DNA of 64,000 bases from the NCBI GenBank assembly GCA_965205215.1, contig OZ242041.1, positions 864,001 through 928,000 on the forward strand, given 5' to 3'. The position numbers and the translations under genes were made by a program. Positions 10,037 through 20,774 of the stretch are shown piece by piece. Origin of the DNA: Nitrosopumilus sp. Its GTDB lineage: Archaea; Thermoproteota; Nitrososphaeria; Nitrososphaerales; Nitrosopumilaceae. Under the pieces are notes generated by a model. That model did no database searches, was not told the origin of the DNA, and saw only the letters and a program-made list of their open reading frames with translations. Position 1 is the stretch's first letter, and every line of letters begins with the position of its first letter.

Positions 10037-11058
10037 CATGATCAAATACTGCAAGATCTATATGACGGCGTCCACGCCCGCCCCAATGGTGTCTAAGCAA
10101 AAGGGCGGGCAGGCGCGCCGCGAAGGTGCGGGCTCGAGGATCGTTAATATCTTGTCCGGCCTGCTGGCCGTGTCCGGCGTGTCGTTCTCGACAAAACGCA
10201 GGACGCGGTACGGGCTGCCGGAGTGGACGGCGATCCTGATTGAGATGTGCAGCAAGCGCACGACGGCCGAGGCCGCGGCCAGAAACCTCGGGGCCTCGAA
10301 AAGGATGCCCACGGGAAGGTGGTTCCGTGACGCGATGCACACGGTCTGCCCCGCCAGGGCCGAGGCCTTCTGCGGCGAGATGCTGGGGCATACCGTCCAC
10401 GGGTTCCATATACAACGCGGAGCGCGACGCGTTCCGGAAGAGGCTGGCTCGCCAGGAGGGCCGGAATGCGCGGGGGCGGGGACGTGCTGGTGGCCGTCGA
10501 CAAGCACCTCATACCGCGGTTTGACGCGGGCAGCATGCTGTTCCTGGTGTTCGCGGCGCGAAAGAACGGCACCAACAGGTTCGCAGGGCGATAAGGAACC
10601 TGCTCGGGGCCGCGACGGCATCCTAGAGAGGTCAGTTCGCCACGATGCAGGTCGTGGCAGGCCCGATAAACGCGGTGCTGGACTGCGTGAAATTCACCCG
10701 CGACATGGACAACGTGGATTTCGTGCGTCGTTCACGTTCCTCAGATGTCCGGGCATGCCGCCCCATAACAACGCCGCCGAGCTGGAAATACGCGATACCG
10801 TCGTGCTGCACCGCAACGTGCGCCACCAGCTGTCAGAACCCGACGGGCGCCACGTGTTCTCCGTGCTGGTGTCCGTCGCGCGCACGTGCCAGAAGATGGG
10901 TGTGTTCCCGCGTATGGCGGTGGAGCGCATGATCGATCCTGACTGGCGCATATTCAAACCGCCCGACTGCCCGGAGCGCGTCGAACGGCTGGCGAGTTCT
11001 TCGCGGTGGACGTGATGCTGGCACTGAACGGGCTGGGCAAGAGGTTCCTCATGCCGGC
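10037..11058 (+). other. Interleaved ISH3/IS66 mosaic, probably a consensus or assembly artefact
   Basis: Alternating colinear blocks that match 11067..11790 and 6855..8112. Confidence 0.65.
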
Positions 11059-11066
11059 CTTGTGAC

Positions 11067-12329
11067 ATGATCAAATACTGCAAGATCTATATGACGGCGT
11101 CCACGCCCGCCCCAATGGTGTCTAAGCAAAAGGGCGGGCAGGCGCGCCGCGAAGGTGCGGGCTCGAGGATCGTTAATATCTTGTCCGGCCTGCTGGCCGT
11201 GTCCGGCGTGTCGTTCTCGACAAAACGCAGGACGCGGTACGGGCTGCCGGAGTGGACGGCGATCCTGATTGAGATGTGCAGCAAGCGCACGACGGCCGAG
11301 GCCGCGGCCAGAAACCTCGGGGCCTCGAAAAGGATGCCCACGGGAAGGTGGTTCCGTGACGCGATGCACACGGTCTGCCCCGCCAGGGCCGAGGCCTTCT
11401 GCGGCGAGATGCTGGGGCATACCGTCCACCTCGCCAGGAGGGCCGGAATGCGCGGGGGCGGGGACGTGCTGGTGGCCGTCGACAAGCACCTCATACCGCG
11501 GTTTGACGCGGGCAGCATGCTGTTCCTGGTGTTCGCGGCGCGAAAGAACGGCACCAACAGGTTCGAGGCGTACGCCACGATGCAGGTCGTGGCAGGCCCG
11601 ATAAACGCGGTGCTGGACTGCGTGAAATTCACCCGCGACATGGACAACGTGGATTTCGTGCGTCGATTTGTACATATTCTGGACAGGTACGGGATCCGTC
11701 CGCGCCTCATGCTGGTCGACCGCGAGTTCTTCGCGGTGGACGTGATGCTGGCACTGAACGGGCTGGGCAAGAGGTTCCTCATGCCGGCCACGAAGAAACC
11801 CGGGATCAAAAGGGCTATTTTGGAACACCACCGCGGGAGGAGGGCCGCCGTGTCCGCATATGTCATGAGGAACGTCATGGGCCAGTCGGTCACGTACAGG
11901 CTGGTCATCCAGAGGGTCAAAAAGTGGTTCGAGGTGGGTGACTACGAACCGGAAAAGAGGGGAGGCAAGAAGAGGACGCGGGACCAGAAGATCATGGAGA
12001 TGTACGTGGTGTTTGCCACCAACCTTGCCACCGCGCGCGTGCGGCGCGAGATAAGGAAGCTGCCGGAGGACTACCGGAGACGGTGGGGCATCGAGACAGG
12101 GTACAGACAGATCGAGGAGGTCAGGCCGTGGACTACAAGCCGCGACCTGGCATTCCGCCTGATGCTGTTCTACACCTCGCTGTTCATGTACAACATGTGG
12201 GCCATAGAGCGCAGCAGGGAGGGGGCAGACCGGGCAGACATCACGCTGGCGTCACTCGTACACGTGGCGGTCCTGATTATCCTTTGTAACATTGTAGGAG
12301 TGCCGTTTGATCCGGGTGGCCCCGACTAA
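11067..12329 (+). CDS. ISH3/IS4-like DDE transposase
   Basis: VAVDKH, LVDREF and YRRRWGIETGYR (YREK-type signature). Confidence 0.88.
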   Translation: MIKYCKIYMTASTPAPMVSKQKGGQARREGAGSRIVNILSGLLAVSGVSFSTKRRTRYGLPEWTAILIEMCSKRTTAEAAARNLGASKRMPTGRWFRDAMHTVCPARAEAFCGEMLGHTVHLARRAGMRGGGDVLVAVDKHLIPRFDAGSMLFLVFAARKNGTNRFEAYATMQVVAGPINAVLDCVKFTRDMDNVDFVRRFVHILDRYGIRPRLMLVDREFFAVDVMLALNGLGKRFLMPATKKPGIKRAILEHHRGRRAAVSAYVMRNVMGQSVTYRLVIQRVKKWFEVGDYEPEKRGGKKRTRDQKIMEMYVVFATNLATARVRREIRKLPEDYRRRWGIETGYRQIEEVRPWTTSRDLAFRLMLFYTSLFMYNMWAIERSREGADRADITLASLVHVAVLIILCNIVGVPFDPGGPD

Positions 12330-12507
12330 CGTGCTTCAGTTCCATGTACTGTTAATACGCACATGCGGGCGGCGCCATTTCCCCGGAGAGTCGAGGACAC
12401 TCATTCAGGCGGCGGCCAAGGCTGACTCCTCTCAGGTCACCAACTTTCCAGAGAATTTCAGGTCACGGTAACTTACCAGCGCCCAGATTTGACAAAACCT
12501 ATCACCC

Positions 12508-12774
12508 ATGATTTTTAATGAAGCATGGACGAATGACGGCATGGTCGACTTCCTCACCACGTCCCTCGTAATGACACTCGGCATGCTTGGCATGTTTCTC
12601 TTTGCCATTATAGCGATAGTGTGGATGCAGACCCGGCCCCCGCGGACTCACGGCGGCCAAAGTGTCGCAGTCATGACGAGAAAGGTGTTTGTCACAACCG
12701 TCGCTGCATCGACGGTTGCGATTATTATGGCAGAGCTGATCCTCGTGCGGGTCATAAACCCACTGCTTGACTAG
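12508..12774 (+). CDS. Small membrane protein (2 TM)
   Basis: Two hydrophobic helices and an ATG start. Confidence 0.6.
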   Translation: MIFNEAWTNDGMVDFLTTSLVMTLGMLGMFLFAIIAIVWMQTRPPRTHGGQSVAVMTRKVFVTTVAASTVAIIMAELILVRVINPLLD

Positions 12775-12927
12775 AGCACCGCCAGAACCACGCCTGTCTG
12801 TCTGGTTGCAGTTTCAGAGAAGATCCGCATCCAGGTCACCGATTTGACACCCCCGTCTCAGGTCACCCTGATTTGACAGAACCACAGGTAGCGATCAGTT
12901 ATAAAGTACGGTAAATTAATAGGCCGC

Positions 12928-13569
12928 ATGGGTGTTGCAGATGCATGGCTTCACCATACCAGTGTGGTGGCTGTTGCCGACGAGTACCGGCCTGATGTAA
13001 TCCACAAGGATGTGGTGGATGGCAAGACAATACCTTACAGATCAGAGCTGGGTCCGGTACTCTATATGCCTGATGTATGCGACGTAAGGTACATTGACGG
13101 CATGCGTATTATCGTAACCCAACAGAAAGTCACCATTGGAAAGGATTACGACGAACCTTTTGAGCAATTCATGGCTGCCGAGGTATATGCTTTGGCCGCA
13201 AAGTTTGTCCAGACATACAAGGACGTGTCGTATCGGGCTATTGGTCTCAACTGGACCATCTCACTGCAACACGACAATCCATTCCAATGGATGACCCAGA
13301 AATTCCTAAAAGCTACCGAGTCATTATCCCCAAACGTTTTCATGGTGCCACAGTTCGTGATAAAAACAGACAAGGCTGAGATGAGGCTTTTGTTCAGACC
13401 CGGTGAGGTGATGCACAATAGTCAACTAAAAAACGTCGCTACTGTAAATTGCAACCACCACACAGAATCCTTTAAGGCCCATACTGACGTGTTGAAGGCA
13501 GTGACGGGGTGGAAGGAAGCGCGGGACGACGTTCTGTCCAGTCTGAAGGAGGTGTTGGAGATAAAATGA
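12928..13569 (+). CDS. TIGR04255-like protein
   Basis: AIGLNW motif and a VNCNHH terminal strand; TATA-like ttataaa at about 12899; first gene of an overlapping three-gene operon. Confidence 0.55.
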   Translation: MGVADAWLHHTSVVAVADEYRPDVIHKDVVDGKTIPYRSELGPVLYMPDVCDVRYIDGMRIIVTQQKVTIGKDYDEPFEQFMAAEVYALAAKFVQTYKDVSYRAIGLNWTISLQHDNPFQWMTQKFLKATESLSPNVFMVPQFVIKTDKAEMRLLFRPGEVMHNSQLKNVATVNCNHHTESFKAHTDVLKAVTGWKEARDDVLSSLKEVLEIK

Positions 13570-14264
13570 GTTCACGGCCTGTGTCAAAAGACCACCTAGG
13601 GGGCATAATCTCGGTGGAAAGGGATCCAAAAACACTAAACGAGGAATTTTCACGGTTCATACAAACCAAATTCATCAACACACCTTCCCTGTCAAGTCCT
13701 TTCCCAAAGAATCCATTCATAGTGGGGGACAGCCTGATATCTACACCCAGTGCTGACACGAAAACCATGTTCATCACCGATCTATCCGTTATTTCCGACA
13801 CGTTATCCACAGTTGATTCACGTGATACGCCATACGGTAGACAGCACATCAGCACAAAGATCATTGCCCGCATGACCAAGAACAAGGTACTCAAAGAACT
13901 GGAAATGAGGGGATTGCAAGACTTTGCCAAGCGCATACGGCACCTGTATAACGTCACCGAAGAAGACGAGGAACCCATCAAGCTGAACTCGTTGCGTAAT
14001 TTCGCCATATTCATGATAACGAACCGTGGTATGACTCAGCCGCAAATCACCATAACGCCTGAAGGACTTATACATGCAACGTGGAGGCATCCGACCCAAG
14101 GCACACTAGGCATGAATTTTCAGGAATTCGGGGATATTTCATACATGCTTTTGTACGGCAGGTGGGATCAAAAAACCAAGCGACATCAGCGGAGTGGAGA
14201 TGTGCCCGCAGATGATATAATGCTATGCGTTGGAGACTTCATACATAGAACTATGAGAACATGA
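13566..14264 (+). CDS. Hypothetical protein, middle gene of the operon
   Basis: ATGA overlap with the upstream gene; C-terminal PQITITPEGLIHATW motif. Confidence 0.7.
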   Translation: MSSRPVSKDHLGGIISVERDPKTLNEEFSRFIQTKFINTPSLSSPFPKNPFIVGDSLISTPSADTKTMFITDLSVISDTLSTVDSRDTPYGRQHISTKIIARMTKNKVLKELEMRGLQDFAKRIRHLYNVTEEDEEPIKLNSLRNFAIFMITNRGMTQPQITITPEGLIHATWRHPTQGTLGMNFQEFGDISYMLLYGRWDQKTKRHQRSGDVPADDIMLCVGDFIHRTMRT

Positions 14265-14689
14265 CCACGAATATCAACGACATCGAACACATTGTGAGAT
14301 GTTGCCCCCAACGCTACCTAGATCATGAGGGAAAACCGGAGTTTATGGCATTCAAAATCCAACCCAAGGATCAAGGCTGTCTGTCAGTAGTTTGGCTGGA
14401 ACATTTTGGGAAGCAAACCGTCGCCGACAACATACCACTCGCCAGAGATGAATTATGCAAGAATTACAAAACCACGAATGATAATAAGCTGGCTGTATTA
14501 AACGTGGGGGTAATGAAACAGACAATTAAACAAACTCATGGAATCGACATCAATGTTAGAACAGATCCAGACGAGTATCCGTCCCATGCATGCATTGAGG
14601 GATATCCCACAAACGATGAGGCGGTCGCCACAACCCTGTCTGATATGGCTAGAGATGGTCGCCTGTATCCGGGATGCCCTCACGACTAG
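14261..14689 (+). CDS. RES/ADP-ribosyltransferase-like fold protein (putative toxin)
   Basis: VR..., LSVVW and SHACI pattern; ATGA overlap. Confidence 0.5.
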   Translation: MTTNINDIEHIVRCCPQRYLDHEGKPEFMAFKIQPKDQGCLSVVWLEHFGKQTVADNIPLARDELCKNYKTTNDNKLAVLNVGVMKQTIKQTHGIDINVRTDPDEYPSHACIEGYPTNDEAVATTLSDMARDGRLYPGCPHD

Positions 14690-14721
14690 CAGACATTCAT
14701 TCCCGACTGTAAACCACGCTG

Positions 14722-15848
14722 TGGTATTCAAAAAGTAGTTCCCCCCTCCCTATCTTGCATCGTACTCCTCACCCGTCTGCTCATCTATGATCCTTTCCCC
14801 CTTGGGCGCCATCTTTCTCTCAAACGACTCTGCAGGAGTCTCGCCGTCATTCAGCGACATGTGCGTCCGGCGGTAGTTGTACCACTGCATAAACAGGTCC
14901 ATCGGATCGCTCTTCCTCATCATTATGGCCTCGAACTCATGCAGCTTGCGCTGTATCTCGCCGTGCAGGCGCTCTATCTTGCCGTTGGCCTGCGGGTGCC
15001 CCACGCCCGCGAGTATCTGCCGTATGCCAAGCTCGACCAGTTTCTTCTCGAACCCGCTCTCGCCGCGCGCCTTGGCCTCTTTCTCGTTTGTGTAGAACTG
15101 CACGCCGTGATCCGTCATGATTGACGCCGGCCTGCCGTGGTTCTTGATGGCCCCGTCAAGCACCTTGAGGGCGTTCTCGGTGGTGGCGTTGTCGAAGATT
15201 CCATATCCCGTCACGAACTTGGACGCGTCGTCCCCGTAGCACAGAAACCAGCGGCCGTCGTGCATTCCGCCGTGGATCTGCTTCCAGTCCGTATGCCACA
15301 GCGAGTTTGAGTGCGTGCGCTCGTACCTGACCCACCTGCGCCTCTTCCCCTTCTTGCCCGGCTCCTCCCGGGCAAGGTTCTCCTCCACCATCACCCTGTG
15401 TATGACGCCCAGTGGGATATTAAGACCGCACTGCTCTCGGATCTTTTCTCGCAGCAGGGACGCGCTCACGTGCTCGTCGCCGCGCGCGTTCAGTACCGCC
15501 GCATACTCCCTGCGGCCGTACATGCCGGCGACGCGCCTGCCCATCCAGGGCGGATGGACCACGTCCCTCACCCACTTGTACTTGTACCTGGACCAGAGTT
15601 TCTTCACCCACCGCGCGGAGACTTTCATGGATTCGGCTATCTGGGCGTTGGTGAGTTCACCCTTGTGCTTCTCCTGCAGTATCCATCGCACCTGCCTTGT
15701 GTCGAGCCCCACGCTGTCTGGGTTCTCGCGGCTTACGTATTTACGCCGCCGCCTGCTCCAGACCCACACGCCCACATTTCCACTGCGCATGCTGACACAC
15801 AGTCTGCCTAGGTTCCGGGACAGGGGGTGAACGACTTTTTGTATAACA
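14722..15848 (-). mobile_element. IS481-family element with transposase (CDS ends at 14750)
   Basis: Imperfect TIRs tggtattcaaaaagtagttcccc / ggggtgaacgactttttgtataaca; WHTDWK, TDHGVQF and PQANGKIER. Confidence 0.85.
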
Positions 15849-15855
15849 GTCTCTC

Positions 15856-16462
15856 GTGTCCACCTCGCCGGCCCCCGGCGCCGGCATCTTCGGCGCCATC
15901 CTCTCGTACGCCCTCTCCGTCCCCTTCGACCTGTCCTCAGTCTCCTGGAGCCCGGCCGCCTCCGCGCCCGTGCCGGCCGCGCTGCGCCCCGGTGGGCGCC
16001 GCGTTCTTCGGCGCCGACGGCAGGTCGGCGCTCGTGACGGCCACGGCCACGGCCACGGCCGCCATCCCGCCGGTGTCCCTGCCCGCCCCCTCCTCCATGG
16101 CGCCCCCGCCACCCCCGCCACCCCCGCCGGCCAACCTCACGGCCACGTCCACCGACGACTCCGTGACCCTGTCGTGGGACGACCCCTCCGATCCCTCCAT
16201 AACCGGTTACCGCATACTGTACCGGGCGCCCGCCCATGCCCGGCCCGCCTTTGCCGTGCTGGTCGCCGCCACCGGCACCGCCTCCACCACGTACGGTAAG
16301 CGGACTCGCGCCCGGCACCGCTACGAGTTCGCGGTGGTCGCGCTCAGCGGCACCGGCCCGCCGTCGGCAGCCTCCCAGCCCGTCGGGATCCACACCACGG
16401 GCGCGCCGCCGCCCCCGCCGATCCCGTTGCCACCCGCCGCCGGCCAGAAGGTATGCAGGTAG
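15856..16462 (+). pseudogene. Frameshifted fragment of a surface protein with a fibronectin type III domain
   Basis: PANLTATSTDDSVTLSWDDPSDPSITGYRILYR...YEFAVVA; YALSVPFDLSS lies in another frame. Confidence 0.7.
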
Positions 16463-16584
16463 GACGCGGCGGGCCCCGGCCGCCCTAGGGCCCTGCGCGG
16501 GCGCGCAAGGCATGCGGTCGCGCAGAACGTGTAAAGCGTGCTTTCCACGGTCGCGCAAAGCAGGTAAAACAGGCAAAGCACGTA

Positions 16585-16780
16585 AAGCGCGCTTTCCCCG
16601 GGCGCGCTAAGCGTGCTAAGCGCGCTTTCCCCGGGCGCGCTAAGCGTGCTAAGCGCGCTTTCCCCGGGCGCGCTAAGCGTGCTAAGCGCGCTTTCCCCGG
16701 GCGCGCTAAGCGTGCTAAGCGCGCTTTCCCCGGGCGTGCTAAGCGTGCTAAGCGCGCTTTCCCCAGGCGTGCTAAGCGCG
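16585..16780. repeat. 33-bp tandem array, about 6 copies (module A)
   Basis: Unit aagcgcgctttccccgggcgcgctaagcgtgct. Confidence 0.95.
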
Positions 16781-17064
16781 TTCTCCGCACTCGCGACTTG
16801 ATGGTGCACACCGGCGCTTGTGCCCCAATTACCGACTCAGTGTTACATGCACGATATACGCGTGGAATATGCATAATCTGCATTTTCGGGACGCTCTGGA
16901 TGCATAATATGCATGCCCGTCATGCATAATATGCGCCGGGAGCATGCATAATATGCACGCCGGCGCCGCTCCGGATCCCCGCCCGTGCCCGGCCCGGCAG
17001 CCGGCCGGTCTCGCATTATACTACAGACGAACGAAACGAACCACTTCGCGCGCCACAACCAACA

Positions 17065-17175
17065 GGATCACGGGGGCCGCCTGGCGGCGGCCCTTCTCCC
17101 CCCCACCGCGTCGGCCCGTACGGCCCGACGTATACGCGAAAAGCAGCGGCCGGCCAGCGGGGGCCAGCGGCCCCT
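17065..17175 (-). other. Conserved twin-hairpin element, copy A
   Basis: Reverse complement matches 40086..40200 and 41742..41862. Confidence 0.8.
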
Positions 17176-17329
17176 GTCCGCACAGGCCTCACGCGACGGA
17201 TCCTGGCCTTGCCGGCGGCACCCGAGAAGGCTTTCGGGGCCAGGGTACCGGAACCGGCAACACCAGAGGCACCCCTAAGGCGTGCGCGAAACACCATTTT
17301 TTGATTTCTCGGCCTCTCGCTCTCCCTGA

Positions 17330-17902
<573 letters not shown>

Positions 17903-18229
17903 TGAAGTGAGTAGTTTTCAACCCTATTCCTAGCGCAGGTCGCCCGAGGTACGGGAGGAGGCCTGCCGCCGCCGGCCCATCTAGACGGCTCCGGATCTCA
18001 CCACGACACAGGCCCGACATACCGATCCGCGCCGATGGCCGTCTGTCCACAACCGAGTCCGCCGCGCTCCCACGAGATGTTTCTGGCATGTCAGGCGGCC
18101 TGCCCCGGGCTCTGCCCAAGGCCCGGCACCTGTCCGTCTTGTGGGCTCAGTCGGCTTCGCCTATCCTGGGGGAGGCTCCATGCGCTATTGTAGGCTGGAG
18201 AGGGTTGGATTGTACCCGTTATTGGTCGG

Positions 18230-18400
18230 GCTCCGTTCAAGATCTTTAGCAGCACATCCAACACGTTGAGACTCCGCCTCCTCCGCGTCAGCGTACGGGT
18301 CATTATGTTTGAGAACATCTTGGCGCCCTCCAGACTGGCGGTTCTGGGCCGGATCTTCCTGACTGTGCCCCCCAGCATCCGCTCGGAAGTACCCGGCGAC
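18230..18400 (-). pseudogene. IS66-type transposase C-terminal remnant
   Basis: SERML..VRKIR...SLEGAKMFSNIMT...LNVLDVL. Confidence 0.5.
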
Positions 18401-18402
18401 GA

Positions 18403-18558
18403 TCAGACGTTGTGTATGCGCCTCTTCTCAATTACAAATTTCAATCTGGTGTTTGAAAAACACGCCCTGCACAGATCCAGTTCGTAGATGCCTCTGGAGC
18501 CTCCGTCCAGCACAAGTTTCATGAACTTCTTAGCCTTGCACAAACAGTGGTAGATCAT
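18403..18558 (-). CDS. 51-aa Cys-rich (Zn-binding) protein, below the ORF-track cutoff
   Basis: Manual translation MIYHCLCKAKKFMKLVLDGGSRGIYELDLCRACFSNTRLKFVIEKRRIHNV; GGAGG lies upstream. Confidence 0.6.
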   Translation of the reverse strand: MIYHCLCKAKKFMKLVLDGGSRGIYELDLCRACFSNTRLKFVIEKRRIHNV

Positions 18559-18859
18559 TCCCTTTCTCCTCCAAGAAATTATTCAGTCGCGGGACTGTCC
18601 GTCCAAAAACAACGTCTTACATTCGGAGTTATTGGCCCTCGAATTTTTTCTGGCGCAGACGTGTAATTCATTGCACAGTATTAATATCGTTTGTTATATT
18701 TATTGCTGCTTAGTGATTGTCTTTTGTTTCGATAATTACAGTTTATCATACGGTGTTATTTTGGGAGATCTTTTTGTTCCAAACACCAATGATAAATGTA
18801 GTTAATGCGCCAAGCGCACTAAGCGCGCAAAACATGCAAAATACGCCAAGCTCCCCTGC

Positions 18860-20248
18860 TCAAGGCGCCTGTGTCTTGCGCGGGGTGTGTCGGCCGCGGG
18901 ACGCCGGCCGGTGTCTGGTCCTGGCCTGGCTGGGCTTCTTACCAAACATGTCTGAGACGTCCATCATCTGCTGAATTTTTTGTATCTCAAGCTTCATCTG
19001 CTCCAGCTCCTTGTTCTTGGCCTCTAGCTCGGTCTTTTCCTTCCGCAACCTCTGGTTGTCTGCCCTTGTCCTGTGTTCGGAGGAGATGATCAGCGCAGGG
19101 ACGGCATCCAGGTACTCTTCGACCAGCTCCTGCCAGTGGGTCTGAAAGTAATTGGTGTCCAGCTTTAGCAGGCCCGTGTGGCTGAGCATCATCTCCTTTT
19201 TGATCAGTGCCGCTAGGGGCGAGTCCCTTGAGAGCGTCTCTTTGTTGATCTTGTTAAAGTACCTCCTGAACCCGTTCATGATCGGGACCTCGTGGTTCCT
19301 CTGCCCCGTCTTGAGCGGATCCCTGATGTCTGCCTTTTTGAGGACCTTGTTGAGCCTGTTTGCCACCGCGTCGCAGCTGAGCGGTATCGGCCTGTCCCCC
19401 ACCCGCTTGAGGAACCTGTCCTTTGGCTGCGGGTTGCGCATTACGCTTGCGCGCCACTGCGTGCGGTATGTCTTGACCGCCTCCCACGCCTCTGGCGTGA
19501 ACATTGCAAAATACTGTTCGTTTGAGCCGGAATATACGGTGATTATGCCACACACCACGTCGGACTCTCCCGAGTCGTCGTATCTTCCCATTACAAGCCT
19601 GCCGTCGATCCTGTATACGGGCCTTATGCAGTCCCACGTAAAGTCAAACCCTCCGCGCCTGATTCCGGACGACGATGCCAGCAGGACGACGGCGGATTCG
19701 AGCGGGTTGGCAAATTTCAGGATCGTGGCGATCTCTTCCCTAGTGTACCCCCTGGTGTCTTGGTTGGTCTCGGGCTCCGGGTACGTCGAGTCGATCCGCT
19801 CCCACTGAAAGTGGACGCCGTTCATCTTGAACAGCTTCTTGATGGGCTTGAACATGTTGGGTACGCTGTTGGGGCTGAAATGGTCCGGATCCTCTGCGGG
19901 CCTTTCGCACCGCTCGCGGAGGCGCGTCGAGTATGCGAGCAGTATGCCGGTCACCTCGTCCGGGTTCTCCCTTGCCTTTTGCACGATCTCGTTTGCCCGC
20001 TGCGCAAAGTCCGCGTCAAGCACCGCGCCGATCCTCCTGCTATCGCCATCTGCGAGGCGCTCCCTTCTCTGCTTTTCGCGCAGCTTTGGATCGCCGTCCA
20101 GATAGTCTTCCAGGGTGCCGCACAGGAAGTCCACCAGCCTCCTCTCGTAGGTCTGGCGCGTCACGTCGGACTTGATGCCGCTCCGGAACAGCGTCAGTGC
20201 ATCGCCGGTGGTCTTCATGATGTCCCCTTTGCTCAGTCTTATACGCAT
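18860..20248 (-). CDS. Tyrosine recombinase/integrase
   Basis: SSGIRRGG, NGFRRYF, LSHTG and NYF, with a C-terminal coiled coil; adjacent to an att site. Confidence 0.88.
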   Translation of the reverse strand: MRIRLSKGDIMKTTGDALTLFRSGIKSDVTRQTYERRLVDFLCGTLEDYLDGDPKLREKQRRERLADGDSRRIGAVLDADFAQRANEIVQKARENPDEVTGILLAYSTRLRERCERPAEDPDHFSPNSVPNMFKPIKKLFKMNGVHFQWERIDSTYPEPETNQDTRGYTREEIATILKFANPLESAVVLLASSSGIRRGGFDFTWDCIRPVYRIDGRLVMGRYDDSGESDVVCGIITVYSGSNEQYFAMFTPEAWEAVKTYRTQWRASVMRNPQPKDRFLKRVGDRPIPLSCDAVANRLNKVLKKADIRDPLKTGQRNHEVPIMNGFRRYFNKINKETLSRDSPLAALIKKEMMLSHTGLLKLDTNYFQTHWQELVEEYLDAVPALIISSEHRTRADNQRLRKEKTELEAKNKELEQMKLEIQKIQQMMDVSDMFGKKPSQARTRHRPASRGRHTPRKTQAP

Positions 20249-20292
20249 GTATCTGTATGCGTGGTGTCCTATATGTATGTCAAAAATGATGC

Positions 20293-20305
20293 GGGTCTAA
20301 AGGGA
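20293..20305 (-). repeat. att site: copy of the tRNA-Lys 3' end
   Basis: gggtctaaaggga matches 45288..45300; gcgggtctaaaggga is also shared with 980..994. Confidence 0.78.
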
Positions 20306-20774
20306 CCTGCAGCTTGCAACGGGCAGAACCCGTAGATCTTGGGATTCGTACCCTCCATACTGTACCATTGGTGCTGTCCGATTAATAAGAATATGCAGCT
20401 TGGTGCGCGCAGAACCGATCAAGGTTCGGTAGCATGACGCTTCCGGGCCACCGGTTTCGGCGGATCCGGACCCCACCATCTACGGCAGAAAATGCGGATC
20501 CCTTCTAACTGTACGTAGCAACACGATGCTGGCGATCCTGAAAATGGGCGCAAGGCGCTAGGCGATCGTCACGAGGCGGTAATCCGCCTCTAGGCTTTCT
20601 TGCCTCGTGGAGAGGAGTCCGGGAAGCACTCTCCTTGGCGCGTTCCTTCGTGATCGGTGTAGCCTGAACCCGCCTGCGGCTGTCCGTCTGATCCTACTGC
20701 CACCTACATTTCACGCCACACATTCGACGTGCCGGATGTCAATATTCATAAGCATCTGGCGTTCAGTACAACTG

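Larger units (their letters stand above)
9874..12351 (+). mobile_element. ISH3-like (IS4 superfamily) insertion sequence
   Basis: 20-bp TIRs cagtacatggaactgaagca / tgcttcagttccatgtactg; 5-bp TSD ttaat at 6551 and 12352. Confidence 0.8.

Noticed and set aside
9930-11015. 361-aa ISH3-IS66 hybrid transposase
   Set aside because: It is built from mosaic sequence with frame switches and is most simply an artefact.
14750-16576. 608-aa ORF as a novel transposase fusion
   Set aside because: The N-terminal part lies outside the IS481 TIR (15848) and is the antisense of the FN3 remnant.
20305-20354. gggattcgtaccct shortly after the att, suggesting an intron-containing second tRNA
   Set aside because: No recognisable 5' half, anticodon arm or bulge-helix-bulge motif; at most an att remnant.
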